Shown here piece by piece: positions 36,785-48,966 of a stretch of DNA of 64,000 nucleotides. Position 1 is the stretch's first letter. Every line of letters begins with the position of its first letter. The stretch spans positions 372,001 through 436,000 of the forward strand of contig OZ287710.1 in assembly GCA_965649825.1 (NCBI GenBank), written 5' to 3'. Below the pieces are notes generated by a model. It searched no databases, was not told where the DNA came from, and worked only from the letters and a program-made list of their open reading frames with translations. The DNA is from Penicillus capitatus (Eukaryota; Plantae; Chlorophyta). Both the position numbers and the translations under genes were made by a program.

Positions 36785-38266
36785 ATGTTTCGAAGTCTCA
36801 CGCTTCTCCGTCGCTGCATCGCGACCTCTTTCACCGAGGAGAGACATGTTTCACTGACGGTTATGCTTGAAGCGACCTTGGGTTCACGCAAGTGCTGGCT
36901 GGCGCAGACGGTGATAAAATCGGGCAGTTTGGCCCCAGTGACGCCTCGCGCCACGCAGTACTTGCACGAATGGAAGAAATCGCGTGCTCCCAACGGACCC
37001 CTAATCTCGGCTGCCATTCAAGAAGCAATAAAGCTGAAGAGATTATCTCCCATTTTTTGGAAGAAGTTCAAACATGGACCGTTTAAACCCGAACAGCTCA
37101 AAGCTTTGGACATGAGAACTTTAACATTCCTCTACTATGGACTCTGCTACTTCTCCTCCAATAACCTTTTTCCTGAAACAGTGAGACACGCCATCTGTTC
37201 TTTTAAGGCGAACGATGTGGATTCAGGAAAAGAACGCGGAAGGCAGACATCTTGCATCCAAAGTACTGGAAGAGATCTTAAGTCTGGATCGGTTTCTGCA
37301 GTTTGATAACAGGCAAGTTGCATTGCGTTTGCTTCTGTACTTACCAAATACGCCAAAACCATTGTAGACTTACTGTGTCTCATGTCTTGCTTGGCATGGC
37401 CATGACAGACGACGTGGACTCTGAACGCCTACAGAGAATGAGTTACAAAGTCATGAGTCGAGTGAAGCGATTGCATCCTGAAACTCTGGTCGATGTGCTG
37501 TTCTCATGGGCAAGGCTGGAGTGGGATAAGGCAGAAGATTTGGTAGTCCTGTCCGAAGAGGCGAGATTGCACAAACAGTTCGTTTCTGCAAAGCACCTTG
37601 CACAAGTGGGTTTCCTGTTGTCGTCATGCTCGTGGTTTAACGTCTGTGCCTAACGTGCAGGGTATTTGGGCATGGACGAAGATCGGTCACACATTTGAAG
37701 AACACGTAGATGAATTCCTTACCCAACTCGTAGAGAGTGAGAAGGTGAAGGATCTGTCGGCCAATGACATAGGTTTAGTTCTCTCATGCGCCGGACAGTC
37801 GAATTTGAACGATCAACTGCAGCACGTCCTTCGTCATTTCTTCTCAGAATTTGATCTATCAGAGTGCGATAGTTCTGATCTTATCAGGATATTCATTGGA
37901 ATGGGACGGTTACCTTCTCAGGAAGCCAGTGCATTGAATGCTCTGATTGAGGAACTGGGAACGTTTCGCTGCCTCCGCTGGTTTCGAGCATCTGATTTTG
38001 TGTCTGTATTGAATACATACCTCATCACAGGAGCAAAGAACGACGCTTTTGTCGATCGATTGGCTTTCGAGGCTGGACAGGCCAAAAAAATGGCTCAGTA
38101 CTCAGTTAAAAGTCTATCCAGAATGCAAGAGATGTTATCAGATGTGGGGATGCAGAAGAATGTCATTCAGATCTTTGCAAACGAACTGTCGCGGAGAGAA
38201 AAGTCACTGAGAGGTACAAGTAGACGAGGTGGCCTGTCCCATGACGCCGATGAGCAACCGAAGTAG
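36785..38266 (+). CDS. Organelle-targeted helical-repeat protein (OPR/FASTK-like, putative RNA-binding)
   Basis: Arg/Ser-rich presequence. Repeated units such as PETLVDVLFSWARL, AKHLAQGIWAWTKIG, SDLIRIFIGMGRL. Confidence 0.55.
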
Positions 38267-39057
38267 ATACATATGGTTAAATCCTGATATGCAGCATTGT
38301 CAATACAACAGATGCAAGCAAGATCTTGAAATCAACACACACACCCATTTGAATGGATACATGCAGTTTCATTGGTATTACAAACGAAGTTGTTATCGTT
38401 GTCCAAAACAGCGTGTACAAATGTGTCCATTCTGAGAGGCGTCGTTGTATGTGAGTACTATGGTGCCATCCGCAATGCCACAAGTCAGTTTCAAAATGAC
38501 CTTTACAGAGCTAGCTCTTATTAATAGACAGTTATGCTCTCGGTTGTCAGCGTCTTGTTCAGACAGCAATCCTGTAATCAAAATGATAGACTAAATACCG
38601 GCTCTGTCGCTTCAGTAAGTAAACAAATGGAAATAATGAACCGAAGCTGCAGAAGATAGACATGAAATTAAAAAGAAGGCCGATCGATACCCATTCCGCC
38701 ATGTTTGGCACTCAGCAAGAGGCTCTTGTCGTCTCTCCTTCTTATCCACACTTAACAGTGTGACACGCGCGGTTTCGTTAATGATGATGAGGGTTCCGAC
38801 GATTCATTTTCATTTGCAGGAATACCCATCACTCGTCTCTGAGGGCTTCTGCTTGTTCTGAGGAAGTGCCTTCGACGACTAAGGAAGCCCTTGAGAGATG
38901 AGAATGGTTGCGGCTGCTCAACCGATGATACGGTTGCAAAGCATTGCATGACTGGTTTCTCTTCAGATTCCTTCATTGTCGGACTGGGACGTCCAGAAAG
39001 TCTTTCTCGTAGAGAGTTCGTTAAGGCTGTTAGGAAAGTCCTTCTGTTCTCTTCTTC

Positions 39058-39338
39058 TTATGCTCGTTTTGCCAACACGCTTTCGCAGAGAGAACATTCG
39101 GGAAGAGCGGGACCGGGCATGAGACATGTTGCACAGAATTTCGCGTCGCAGTTTGCACAGACGCGTTTCCAGATGTCGCGCCGACCGCACTTCCAACAAC
39201 AGGATTTGCCAAACGGACCAACGCTGGACCTCCTCTTGCTAAAGAACCTGTCGCTGTCAGCAATGTGCCGTTTAGCTGCGAGCCGAACCTTGAGGAAAGG
39301 GTCATTGTGGCCACGGTATTTGAATTCTTCGAAGTCAT
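39058..39338 (-). CDS. Small FYVE-like 8-Cys zinc-finger protein (or interrupted longer gene)
   Basis: CWKC-x9-CANC-x4-CATC-x9-CSLC, then TAA at 39058-39060. The same frame stays open to 38752. Confidence 0.5.
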
Positions 39339-39621
39339 GGCACAGTTCTGGACGCAAACGACGTGTTCACTCTTTTAGTGTTTCTGCGACCGGCTCCAGA
39401 CACTGTGACACGGCGAGTCTTTTCACACGAGGCGACGCGACGCGACGCGGAGAGAAACCGATACGTTCAGAACGAAGATCTACAATACGAGAAGCTGTCC
39501 GTCAGCGAAGATCCAAAGCGAATGGTGAAAAACAGCCTGAAGTCCCATAACGGTTAATTGCTTTCGAGAGACTTCTGATGACAGTATTATTAGGAAAAGA
39601 ACACGTGGAGGAAAACATGGC

Positions 39622-41700
39622 TCAGCACCCATCTGTCCGTGTTGAAATCACGAGTGTGGTCTTTCCGTCATCGACGACCTCGGCCTCCTTCTCGCAATTG
39701 GCATCCACTTTAGCAGTGCGAACTGCATGAATGGACACTGTACCACTCACGGCACCCGATACAATAAGGAGTGGATCCCTAATGGGGCTGTCCTCGGCCG
39801 AAACAAACACCAGACCTTCTGGATCGATATCTACAAGTTCCTTATTGTTGTAATGCTCGGCCCATGTCTTTCCATGTGCACCTACGATGCAGAGGTGATT
39901 TGGTGATTGCATGAAACACAGGAGATTGAACCTGGGTAGTAGGTGGACTGCCAAACGGGAGAGAGAGGATCAGAGGCATCATAGACAAAAATAGCACCTC
40001 CTCTCTCGAGACTGACACAGACAACTCGACGGTCTGACAAGTTTCCCACAGCCACAGCTTCAGGCTCTGGTCCCCTGGATGTCGAACGTACATCAGCTGT
40101 GTCATTTGGAATAGCCGTCAATGCCATCGATGGAAGCTCAAGCCCATCCACCTCGGGGACTGACCCGATGGACAGTGACTCCGGGCGTTCTCTTTCTTCA
40201 AAAGCAGCGGTAATCAACTCGTCCAAGACATCAGCATCAATAAGCGTGTTGGATTCGAGGCTCGCCTCAGCAGTGTCGGCTGTATCTGTGGGAGGTTCTA
40301 GACAGAAGCTGTCCACTGCATCTGCATTGAAGGCCCATGGCATGAAGGTTCCCATGACACGTTCAAAATCATTTCCACTGTCGTAAACTTGTTCCATATT
40401 GCTAGCTTTATAGATCGACCAGCTGCGGCCACCATACGTCACCAGTCTACAATAAGGGGATATCTAACAATACATGGGCGAGTCAAGAAGCGCTTTACCT
40501 GTCATATATGTTCTCGCCGTCTTCAGTTTGTCCGGCAATTCCATCGACGATGCTGATTGGCAAGGTGCCAAGACCATTTGGATCGGCCAATGCTTCCACC
40601 GTCTCGTCCGGAATGTCTTCTGTTCGATTGGCGAGTTCAGCACCATCGACATACTCAATCCAGCTTGGAATGCCCTGGTGGTCTTCATCATACTCTTTCT
40701 GATCTCCTTCATTGGCAGTGATAATGAAATCTTCGCCTTCATGCGAGAAAACAGCAATAGCATCTGGTTGAAAGACTGAAAATACTCCACTCCACGATCG
40801 CAGGACACCAGGTCCATCCGTCGCACTTGTGTCCAGTGCGTTCTGTTTCTGACTTAAGTCCTTCTCGCCATAACTTGTGATTGACGTAAAGCGATTGGTC
40901 TCCAGATCCAACACAGCCACGGCATTATTCTCTTGCAGATTCACAAAGACAGTCTTGCCGTCTTCGGATACAACAACTTGTTCTGGTTCTAAATCTTTGC
41001 TTAGTGTTTGACTGGCCATCATGGACGGTTTCAATCCTTGTCCTCTCCAGATCCAACGGACGCCGTTTTTAATGACACGCTCAGTGTCATCATTGAACGA
41101 TGTGAAATCGACTGTCTCTACAGCTGCCTCCCCTTTCTCCAGTTTCTTCATATCAATGATAGAGACAGATCCCTCTGGGTTAATGAATTTTCCTTTTTTG
41201 GTCATCCCTGCTTCACCTTCGTTGGCAACAAGGAGCTTGCTGCACTGTGGAGTGAAGGCAATAGAATCTGGCAAGGCACCAACCTCGACTTCGTGGAGAA
41301 GCTCGAGTCCATTGTCTTCTGTATACGGTGAATAGATGAATACGATTCCTGGACTGGACTCTGGATTGGCTGGCATTGTGGCAGCGATGTAACCGCCACA
41401 ATGCGCGACATCTGTTACCTCGCCAGGGATTCGTGTTGTAAAGACGACGACAGGAATCACAGGGTTCGAGATGTCAATAACGCGGAGTTGTTTATTCCCT
41501 GAGACATAGACATAAGCAGTGGCAGGGTCGTAAACAAGCTGTTCGGCTGCAGCGTCTCCGAAACAATAAACCTCTCTGCCACTCTCGTCGAATTTAAACG
41601 GCAGGTAAACTTGGGAGAGTCGTTCCAGAATGATTGGTTCAGTGCGGACTGTTACAAAGAGCAACGCAGAAAAGAGAATCCATGCAGGTGTCAAGGCCAT
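39622..41700 (-). CDS. MSP130 / choice-of-anchor I alkaline-phosphatase-like secreted protein
   Basis: Signal peptide. AAEQLVYD, VGALPDSIAFT, LVANEGE, NPEGSVSII, LEPEQV, VNLQENNAVA, QPDAI, TANEGD, YGGRSWSI, GPEPE, DPEGLVFV. Confidence 0.85.
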
Positions 41701-42017
41701 TTGATACGAAAACGAGACGAAAAGATGCACTCAAGATAACAACAGCAGCCGCGACTGTCCGCATCTCTGACAAACGACTTTGAATATTCGGTGAATCTGA
41801 ATGTAACAGAGAACTTCAAGGAGAACCGTTGTTGGTCGGTTTGCTTGAAGTCATCATCGCTAATTCATCTACTCACTCAATCTGTTGGAAATGTAGCGTC
41901 CAATCCGTTGTTCATAGCCATCGGAAGCGGTTTGGTGTCATGGTAACCACATCGGCGCGCTGACCATCAGCCGTGACGGGTGCTAACCTCCGAGTCAACT
42001 TCCTGCATCGGGTTCTG

Positions 42018-44043
42018 ATGCCAGAGATGAACGGATCAGGCTATAGAGCAAGCAGTTTAAAGAGGACGACGAAAAGGGAAGTAAAACCGAAAATAGGGAA
42101 CGGGAACAAAGATTTGTAGAAGGAAGAGAAACGGCTTGCCGATGACCTCAACCCTATTTTTGTAGAGCATGAGTCGTCATCACCGCAGCATCTCAAGCCA
42201 ACACCGGAATTCGCGAAGGTGATGCTTAGGGATGGGTGGTGGCGATCTCTTCAGTAATCGGCGAAGCAGGTGCTGGTGAATATCGACTTGTTCATCCGAA
42301 AAGCAATAATTCAATGCGTGAAGGCCTATATTCGTCGTCTGGTGCCCGAAAAAGGAGAAGATTTGGTGTGCCTGCTTTAACGGACGATGGCCGTCAAAGG
42401 AAAAATTTGGTGTTGGAGAAGACATATTAGGACAGATTGAGCGCATATGAAGAACTCACTACAGCAACATGACAAGCTACCTTCCTCAAATGGCCGAAAA
42501 GACGACATTGAAGTTATTCAGCTTGTATACATTCTTTTGTAAAATCAGAATCTTCTAACGCGCAGTTATGCATACCTCTAACTTGGTCAAAAAATGTAGA
42601 CCGGGTCTCGTGCGCGACAGGACCTTTTCGTCTGCAAAGGCGAACAAGCAGGATCAGATGAACTCCTCATCCGTAAGAGTCAAACATTTAAAAGAGACCC
42701 CGAGCAATATCTCAGATCCATTGGATTTTCGGTTGAACCACTCTTATGAAAGGCAAGAGGAGAAGATGCAGAATCTTCGTAGTACCAAGTATCGGTGTCA
42801 ACAAAACCGTGAACATGAAAAATAACAACCATGGCAATGATTGTCGGTGCTGCTTGCAGTAAGAAGAGTCTTTCCAATTTCATGAGAGATCGACGATTTC
42901 ATTCAAGAACGGTTGCAAGAAGTATTCGAAGAAAGCGTGAAAATGCACGGCGCAGAAGACAGGGAAAAGAAAAATTAAGGAAAGCCGTAACAAACGGCGA
43001 AAGTGTGGAAAGCGAAAGTACATAGAAGCGGGAACTGTCGACTCCGCAATGACGGATGGGGCAACGGTTTGTCTCTGCGTTACTTGTACACGAAATGTGC
43101 CTCCCAACCGTGTTTTCCCCGACGTAGACAATATTCTCGAAATCCAGAAGACTAAAAGTGCAGAGAAGGCACCCTTACAAGAAGTTTATGTTTGGAGATG
43201 AGGAAACCAATCAAATCCTGCCATATGTGGAATCAAAGCACTATTGCACAGCCACCATTTGCAAATTTTTCGTCAAGAATACAAAGAAAGACCTGAGTTT
43301 GTTGGATTGGATTCGGGAAGAGCGAAGATCGTGACTTGGGCCAAGAAAGACACAAGCGAAAAATTGATTCAAACCGAGTTAAAAGAAGCAAAGCGCTGGT
43401 CATCAAATCCGAGTCGACCTTTCAAACATTTGGTTTGGCCGGAGAATATTCTAGTATAGCATGGGCGTTGTCGTCAACGAGGTACGAGGAAATATCAAGA
43501 ATTACAAAATGACACAAACGGAGACATCATTCCCGACTTTGTGCAGAATGGAGTAGAGTTGCTGCGGATGCGGTACGACGATATCTCGGATCGCTTGACT
43601 CGCAGCGCCACGCAGTTTATTTTCCGTCGCGTCTGAAAGACAAAAAGCAAGGAAGCAGGTGACCGTCGAGGAAATCTTATCTCACTTTCCAACAAATGCA
43701 GCAGTTTGTGAAGGCGGCTTTCGCTGCTTATCAGACCGAATGAAGGCGTCTATCGACGTGCGTTCGTCTGTCCGAAAGGCGTGTTTTTATACACGGCGTT
43801 GTACAGTTGTCCTTTCATAAGATCCCCGCGAATTCTGACCGTTCCGAATCGGATCTTTCGCAAACGTGGAACGACGAAGACGCGAACAATACCGCAGACG
43901 AGAGGGTCGATCCCAGCGTCAATGCTGTCGTCGATGTTGGTTCGCCGCATGATGATCACTGCGTTCACGGCATACTTTTATATCGAGCGCGAAAGCCGTG
44001 GTGGAACTCTCTTCCGCAGCGGGCATTGACGATTGTGTTTTAA
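42018..44043 (+). mobile_element. Decayed Fanzor/TnpB-like ORF remnant
   Basis: Stop- and frameshift-interrupted + strand reading, in order: SLQ*SAKQVLVNIDLF, MTDGATVCL (43049), VGLDSGR (43301-43321, RuvC-I-like), and DPSVNAVVDV (RuvC-III-like). Recognised by eye only. Confidence 0.45.
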
Positions 44044-44222
44044 TGGAAAAGAATTGGTCGCGTAAACCCAAAGTGTCGTCTGAATCATCTGTTCTGCGTT
44101 TCCTTGAATTCCATCTATTCCTCAGCCTAAATCACAAAGTACTCGACACTTCGAATGGTAAGAATGTGTTTTCTTTTGAATCGTGTTTTGGTTTCTGTCG
44201 ATAGATAGATACGTTACCGTAC

Positions 44223-44227
44223 TTACA
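44223..44227 (-). terminator. TGTAA polyadenylation signal candidate for CCT1
   Basis: TTACA on + strand about 50 nt past the CCT1 stop. Confidence 0.4.
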
Positions 44228-44275
44228 GAAGCGTTTCAACTTCGCACCCACCCACCCATGATCCAATTTATTCAC

Positions 44276-46293
44276 TTATCCTCGCATCTCTTCATCCTTT
44301 GGAGGATCGATGCGAATCAGATCGTCGACGCGGAGAATCGTGATGGTCGCTTCTGTTGCGAACTTGAGCATCTTTATCTTGGCCATTGCTGGTTCCAACA
44401 CCCCGGCTTTGACACTGTCGCGCAACGTGCCTTTCACCAGATCCAATCCATAGGTGGCCAAATTCTTCTTGTCCGCTTTGGTCTGAGCTGCATGGTGATA
44501 GGCGCGCAGACGGGCCACTAATTCAGTGGCATCCTTGGCAGCATTGACAGAGAGTGTCTTGGGAATGACGAGAAGCGCATCTGCAAATTCGGCAATAGCC
44601 AGTTGCTCTCGCGATCCCAGAGTCGTGGCGAAGCTTTCCAGGTAGACGGAGAGAGCTGTCTCCACGCAACCGCCTCCCGGAACCATAGAACCCGATTCCA
44701 AGACACGCTTCACAATACACAGGGCGTCATGGATGGAACGATCGATTTCATCCAGCATGAAATCATTGGCTCCGCGCAATAGAAGTGTCACAGAACGTGT
44801 ACTCTTGCAGCCCTGCATGCAGAAATCAGTTCATTTGAGAACTAGAGGAGAGTGTGCTGGACTGAGCACCTTGATCACAAGGATTTCGTCGTCGGCCACT
44901 TGCTCTTCGTAGACTTCATCAGCAGATCCAAGCCAAGCAGGATCGAACGTCTCTTCTCCTGCGGACGGATCTGATTAACCAAATAAGCTTCATCGTTGAA
45001 AACGAACCTTCCATATCCGCCAAACTCACGACAACTTCAGCTCCTGTTGCTTTGGCAATACGTCTGTATGAAAAAGGGTGTGGAGAATTGAATGATAGCC
45101 ATTGCCAACTATACCTACCTCAAGTCATCCTTAGGTACTCTTCTCACAGCAATGGATTGAGATTCCACAAAGTACTTAAGACATGTATCATCGATGCCTG
45201 AGACAGACAAGACTCAAATTCATTGTCTGCCGCTGGATGAAAGTTCAATTGGATCGCCTTTTGTTGTCAAGACCACATTGGCTCCTGCATCCAACATCTT
45301 TTGTATGCGCACTTTGGTGATGTCCATTTCTTGGTCGCGCAACTTCTCCAACTCAACCGGATCTGTTACAACAATGGAAACTCCCAACTGCAGTCGCGTC
45401 TTCTGAAGGTTCATATCCAAACAGGCGATCTTGGCCTGAGTCACTCGATTGGGCATGCCCTGAGCTGCTCGACTCTGCAGAAGAGCATATCCCTTTAACA
45501 GCATCCTCGATTCTGACCTAATTGTTGACATGGATGCTCACTGGCAGTAGACTGCTCTCCTTTGTCCCTTTTCCGTGTGCCTTAAGCACGTTTACAGATT
45601 TGATGGGATATGTGACATTGCCACTGTCGGACGTATATTTCACAGAAGTGATGGCATCCACCACCAGTGCTGCAAAGAAGTCCTCTTCAGCCGAAATGAA
45701 TTTGGAAGACATGGATGTCTTGGCGGCATTGATCAACACATCTTTGCCAAGTTTTTCATTTCCAATAGCCAACTGTTCTTCGATGAATTTGCATGCCTTG
45801 ATGCTCATGCAGTCACATCAGACACATGACAAAGGCAGACAACCACACCTCTTTCAAAGCCAGTTTGTAGCCGCTCATGATGCTGGTTGGGTGGATCCGT
45901 GTGCGAATCAAGTTGTTTGCGCGTTTTAATAATTCCGCAGCAATGATGACCACAGAGGTGGTCCCGTCTCCGACTTCCTCGTCTTGCAGTTCAGCCAAGT
46001 CGACCAGTACTTTGGCGGCGGGGTGCTCCACTTCGAGGAGTTTCAGAATCGTCGCCCCATCGTTCGTGATCGTCACATCACCGATATCGTCCACGAGCAT
46101 CTGTGACGCAGCGATATGGTTCAATGCCTTCGAGAACACGGGTTGTATCGACCTTATCGAGACCAACAGGTCCGAGAGAAGACTTGACGATATTGGCAAT
46201 AGCCGCGACGGCTGTCACATTCTGCGTGCGGACATCTTCGCCCGATTGGCGCTGTCCATGAAATTGTAGACGCGCAGGTGCAGTCAAGGCCAT
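44276..46293 (-). CDS. CCT1: Chaperonin CCT alpha subunit (TCP1)
   Basis: [65 protein letters not shown]. Seven introns. Confidence 0.97.
45198..45257 (-). other. GC-AG intron (60 nt) in CCT1
   Basis: Conserved LTTKGIDD requires removing GCGATC...CTCAG. The unspliced frame hits TGA. Confidence 0.85.
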
Positions 46294-46498
46294 TTCCTTA
46301 AATCCAGAAACAACAAAACCTCATTATTACATTCCTAGATTTCATCACAATTGTGACAGGATGTCGTCCTTGCTGGATGTCTCTGACAAAAAAAGGACCC
46401 TTAAAGGGCGAGGATACGCCGTTGGTTGACGGAGCGTCTCCGGAATGTGCGTTAAATGCTTTAAAGATTTGCATTATTGTGGATCTGCGAGGAGTGCG

Positions 46499-47981
46499 AT
46501 GCAGTCGAACCACCACGACGGCGACACATCTGATGCAACACCGGGTTCCGATGTCCATCAATCATCTGCCTCTGACCCCCTCGTGTCGGCCCATGCAAGC
46601 AACGAAGAGGCCAGCAGAGTAACGTCGAATGGCAGTAGAGCGATGCGCCTCAGGGGAGGGACAGCCCAAAGCGGGAGATGTCACCCAACACGCAATGAAG
46701 AGACACCAAGCGCGTCACATGTCGAAGCAGAATGCACTTGGCGCCAAGGACGCACTGCCTTGGGAAACGACACCGAAGAAGACGACGCCGTGGAGAATGG
46801 CACTCAAGAGCAGCGTGTTGAGTCGATGGGGATGGAAAGCAAAGAAACGTCACCGCGGACAGCAGAAGGTCTTTTGAGTCGACTGTGGCCGAGTGCTGTG
46901 GCCTTCGACTGGACGACGCCGTGCTTTACGGCACTGGCAGCGAAGGTGACGCGTGTTGGCGAGGAGATCCGTTTGGCGACGGGTCGGGACGGAAAAAGGC
47001 CTCACGATCGTCGCTCTACAAGACTGCCGATGAAAGAGCGGCGCGAAAAGAAGCGTGTCTTGAGGGAGTACCTGAAGCGAAGCGGTAAGTCGATCGGAGA
47101 GCTGTTGCAGGTGTGGCTCCCTCTGCTTTCTCTGTGTGGCCTTTCTGACTTCGCATTCGCATTCGAAGGAGACTCCGTTAACCTTAAAGAGCCTCAAAGA
47201 GCAAGAAGAATGGATGAAGTGCCTCGATCTGTACTGTGATCCTCGACAAAATGGCAAACAAGGACATCTCAAGAAAACTCGCACGGAGTCAGGTCTCTGC
47301 TGTTTTCTCACAAGAGGGCACAGTCACCTATCTGTCTGCGATTGTTAGATGGATTTTCTCCATTGTCTTCGAAGAAGTATCGGAAGAGATCTTTGGAAGC
47401 AGACGGCAACAAAACACTAAGGCACAGAAACCCAAAGGAATACCCAGGTTTGCAAGATTCTGCACTGAGGACAAAGACATTTCTTGTTCGTGTGTGAATA
47501 GCAGTCCGCCTAAAAGAACTGATAGATGCCGGCTTTGTGGAAGCGAGGGAGAAGGCAGTGACATTCTCCTGTTCAAATACCGAGTACGTGGCGGACTTGA
47601 CAGACAATGGGAACATTCACTTTCAAAGTATGCTGATACTTTGCAAGATGGAACGATGCCTATTATCTTGTGTGTCAACAGACCAAGAATTTGATTCGGC
47701 TGAGGCCTTTGCACACCATATACAGCAGATGGCGGTACCGGCTACGCAGGTGAGGGATAGACGTTCAAGATTGGGATGTGCGAACGGTCTTGTCACAGGG
47801 AAATGGCGATGATAGCGATGCATGGAGACGAGTCACTCTGTTCGGTCGGTCACTAGATTCTTGGAGACACGATCTTCTCGCCAAGAAAACAGGGACAGCA
47901 TCTATCGCACGGCCAGTAACAAATCTGGAGTTTGTGGGTCCGGAAGATTGCATGGGAGACGGCCATGCGGGTGAAACATGA
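46499..47981 (+). CDS. RAMA-domain protein with low-complexity N-terminus
   Basis: Spliced C-terminus VRLKELIDAGFVEA..YVADLTDNGNIHFQNQEFDSAEAFA..DAWRRVTLFGRSLDSWRHDLL parallels the MPND RAMA domain. Confidence 0.7.
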
Positions 47982-48066
47982 GGCAGTGATCCGCAGAGAT
48001 GAAAGAATAATTCGTGGTGCAGTTGATCTAGCAATCAGCTAACAATGTACCCAATCAACTATCTCA

Positions 48067-48805
48067 TTAGACAGTTCCCACGCTAAATGAATGCATGATT
48101 GCTTTGACGGCTATAGACATTCCCACAAGAGCGCCTAGTCCAACAAGAGGAGTGATTTGCCGCTGAGTTGTTTCCTCCTCTTCATAGATCTGCTGCAATA
48201 AACTGAGAACACCAATTCCAAAAGTCTTGACTGATGGCACAAGATAAGAACGGCCACGACGGATATTTAGAGCTGCTGTGCCGACGGCACTCAAGGTATG
48301 TACGATGAGGAGGCCGATCGAGAGCTGCTGAAGCCACTCTTCTGTCTCTAAACAGCAACAGAATGATCTAAATGGTCAGATATTGGCGGAGACAAGGCCG
48401 ACACCTTGTGTGATGACTCCAATCCGTGTCCAATCTCCTGAATACGCTGCATCGATGATCATCAAGTTAATCTGTTTGTTCAGCACACACTTTGCAGAAA
48501 TTAAAAAGGAAATGTTCTCACGGTGTAGACGATTCCTTGAAGGACAACTTTGTAGGCGTCAGATTGCGTCAATCTAAAAGATCACGTATTCCATAGAACG
48601 GCACAGCGACACACCCGCTCATACTTTTTGAAATCTGTCGAGGTGTCGTCGTTTTTCTGTCCCTTCGCCGACACGCTATATCTGTGACGGAGTTCTGTCC
48701 GCGACTAGAGAAGGTCGTCACGGTCGGGATCCGAACAGCGGTTCTGCAATACACTGCAGGGGTGTTGCCTCGAATGCAAAGAGCTGCCCCGTGCAAACGA
48801 TCCAC
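48067..48805 (-). CDS. Conserved green-lineage plastid membrane protein, unknown function
   Basis: Transit-like N-terminus, motif IIDAAYSGDWTRIGVIT, TM segments. Four ~50 nt introns give a consistent frame. Confidence 0.7.
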
Positions 48806-48966
48806 GAGGGAACATCAACGGGATGTTGCTTCTCCATACTGTGACATCCAAAACGGAAACACGCATGACCGAAGACAGCATTGCACAGCCGACGAAGTAA
48901 CACGTCACATCATCGACGACACATTCAGCAATCGATTTGTCTTGAAATACTACCTCCCTCATTGAC

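Noticed and set aside
39431-39449. (GCGAC)n and other short simple repeats
   Set aside because: Three to four units only, which is background level.
41798-44115. Possible terminal inverted repeat around the Fanzor-like remnant (TTCAAGGA near 41816 / TCCTTGAA near 44101)
   Set aside because: Only an 8-bp match, expected by chance, and no target-site duplication seen.
44276-46293. snoRNAs in CCT1 introns (vertebrate TCP1 is a host gene)
   Set aside because: All introns are about 50-60 nt, too short, with no box motifs.
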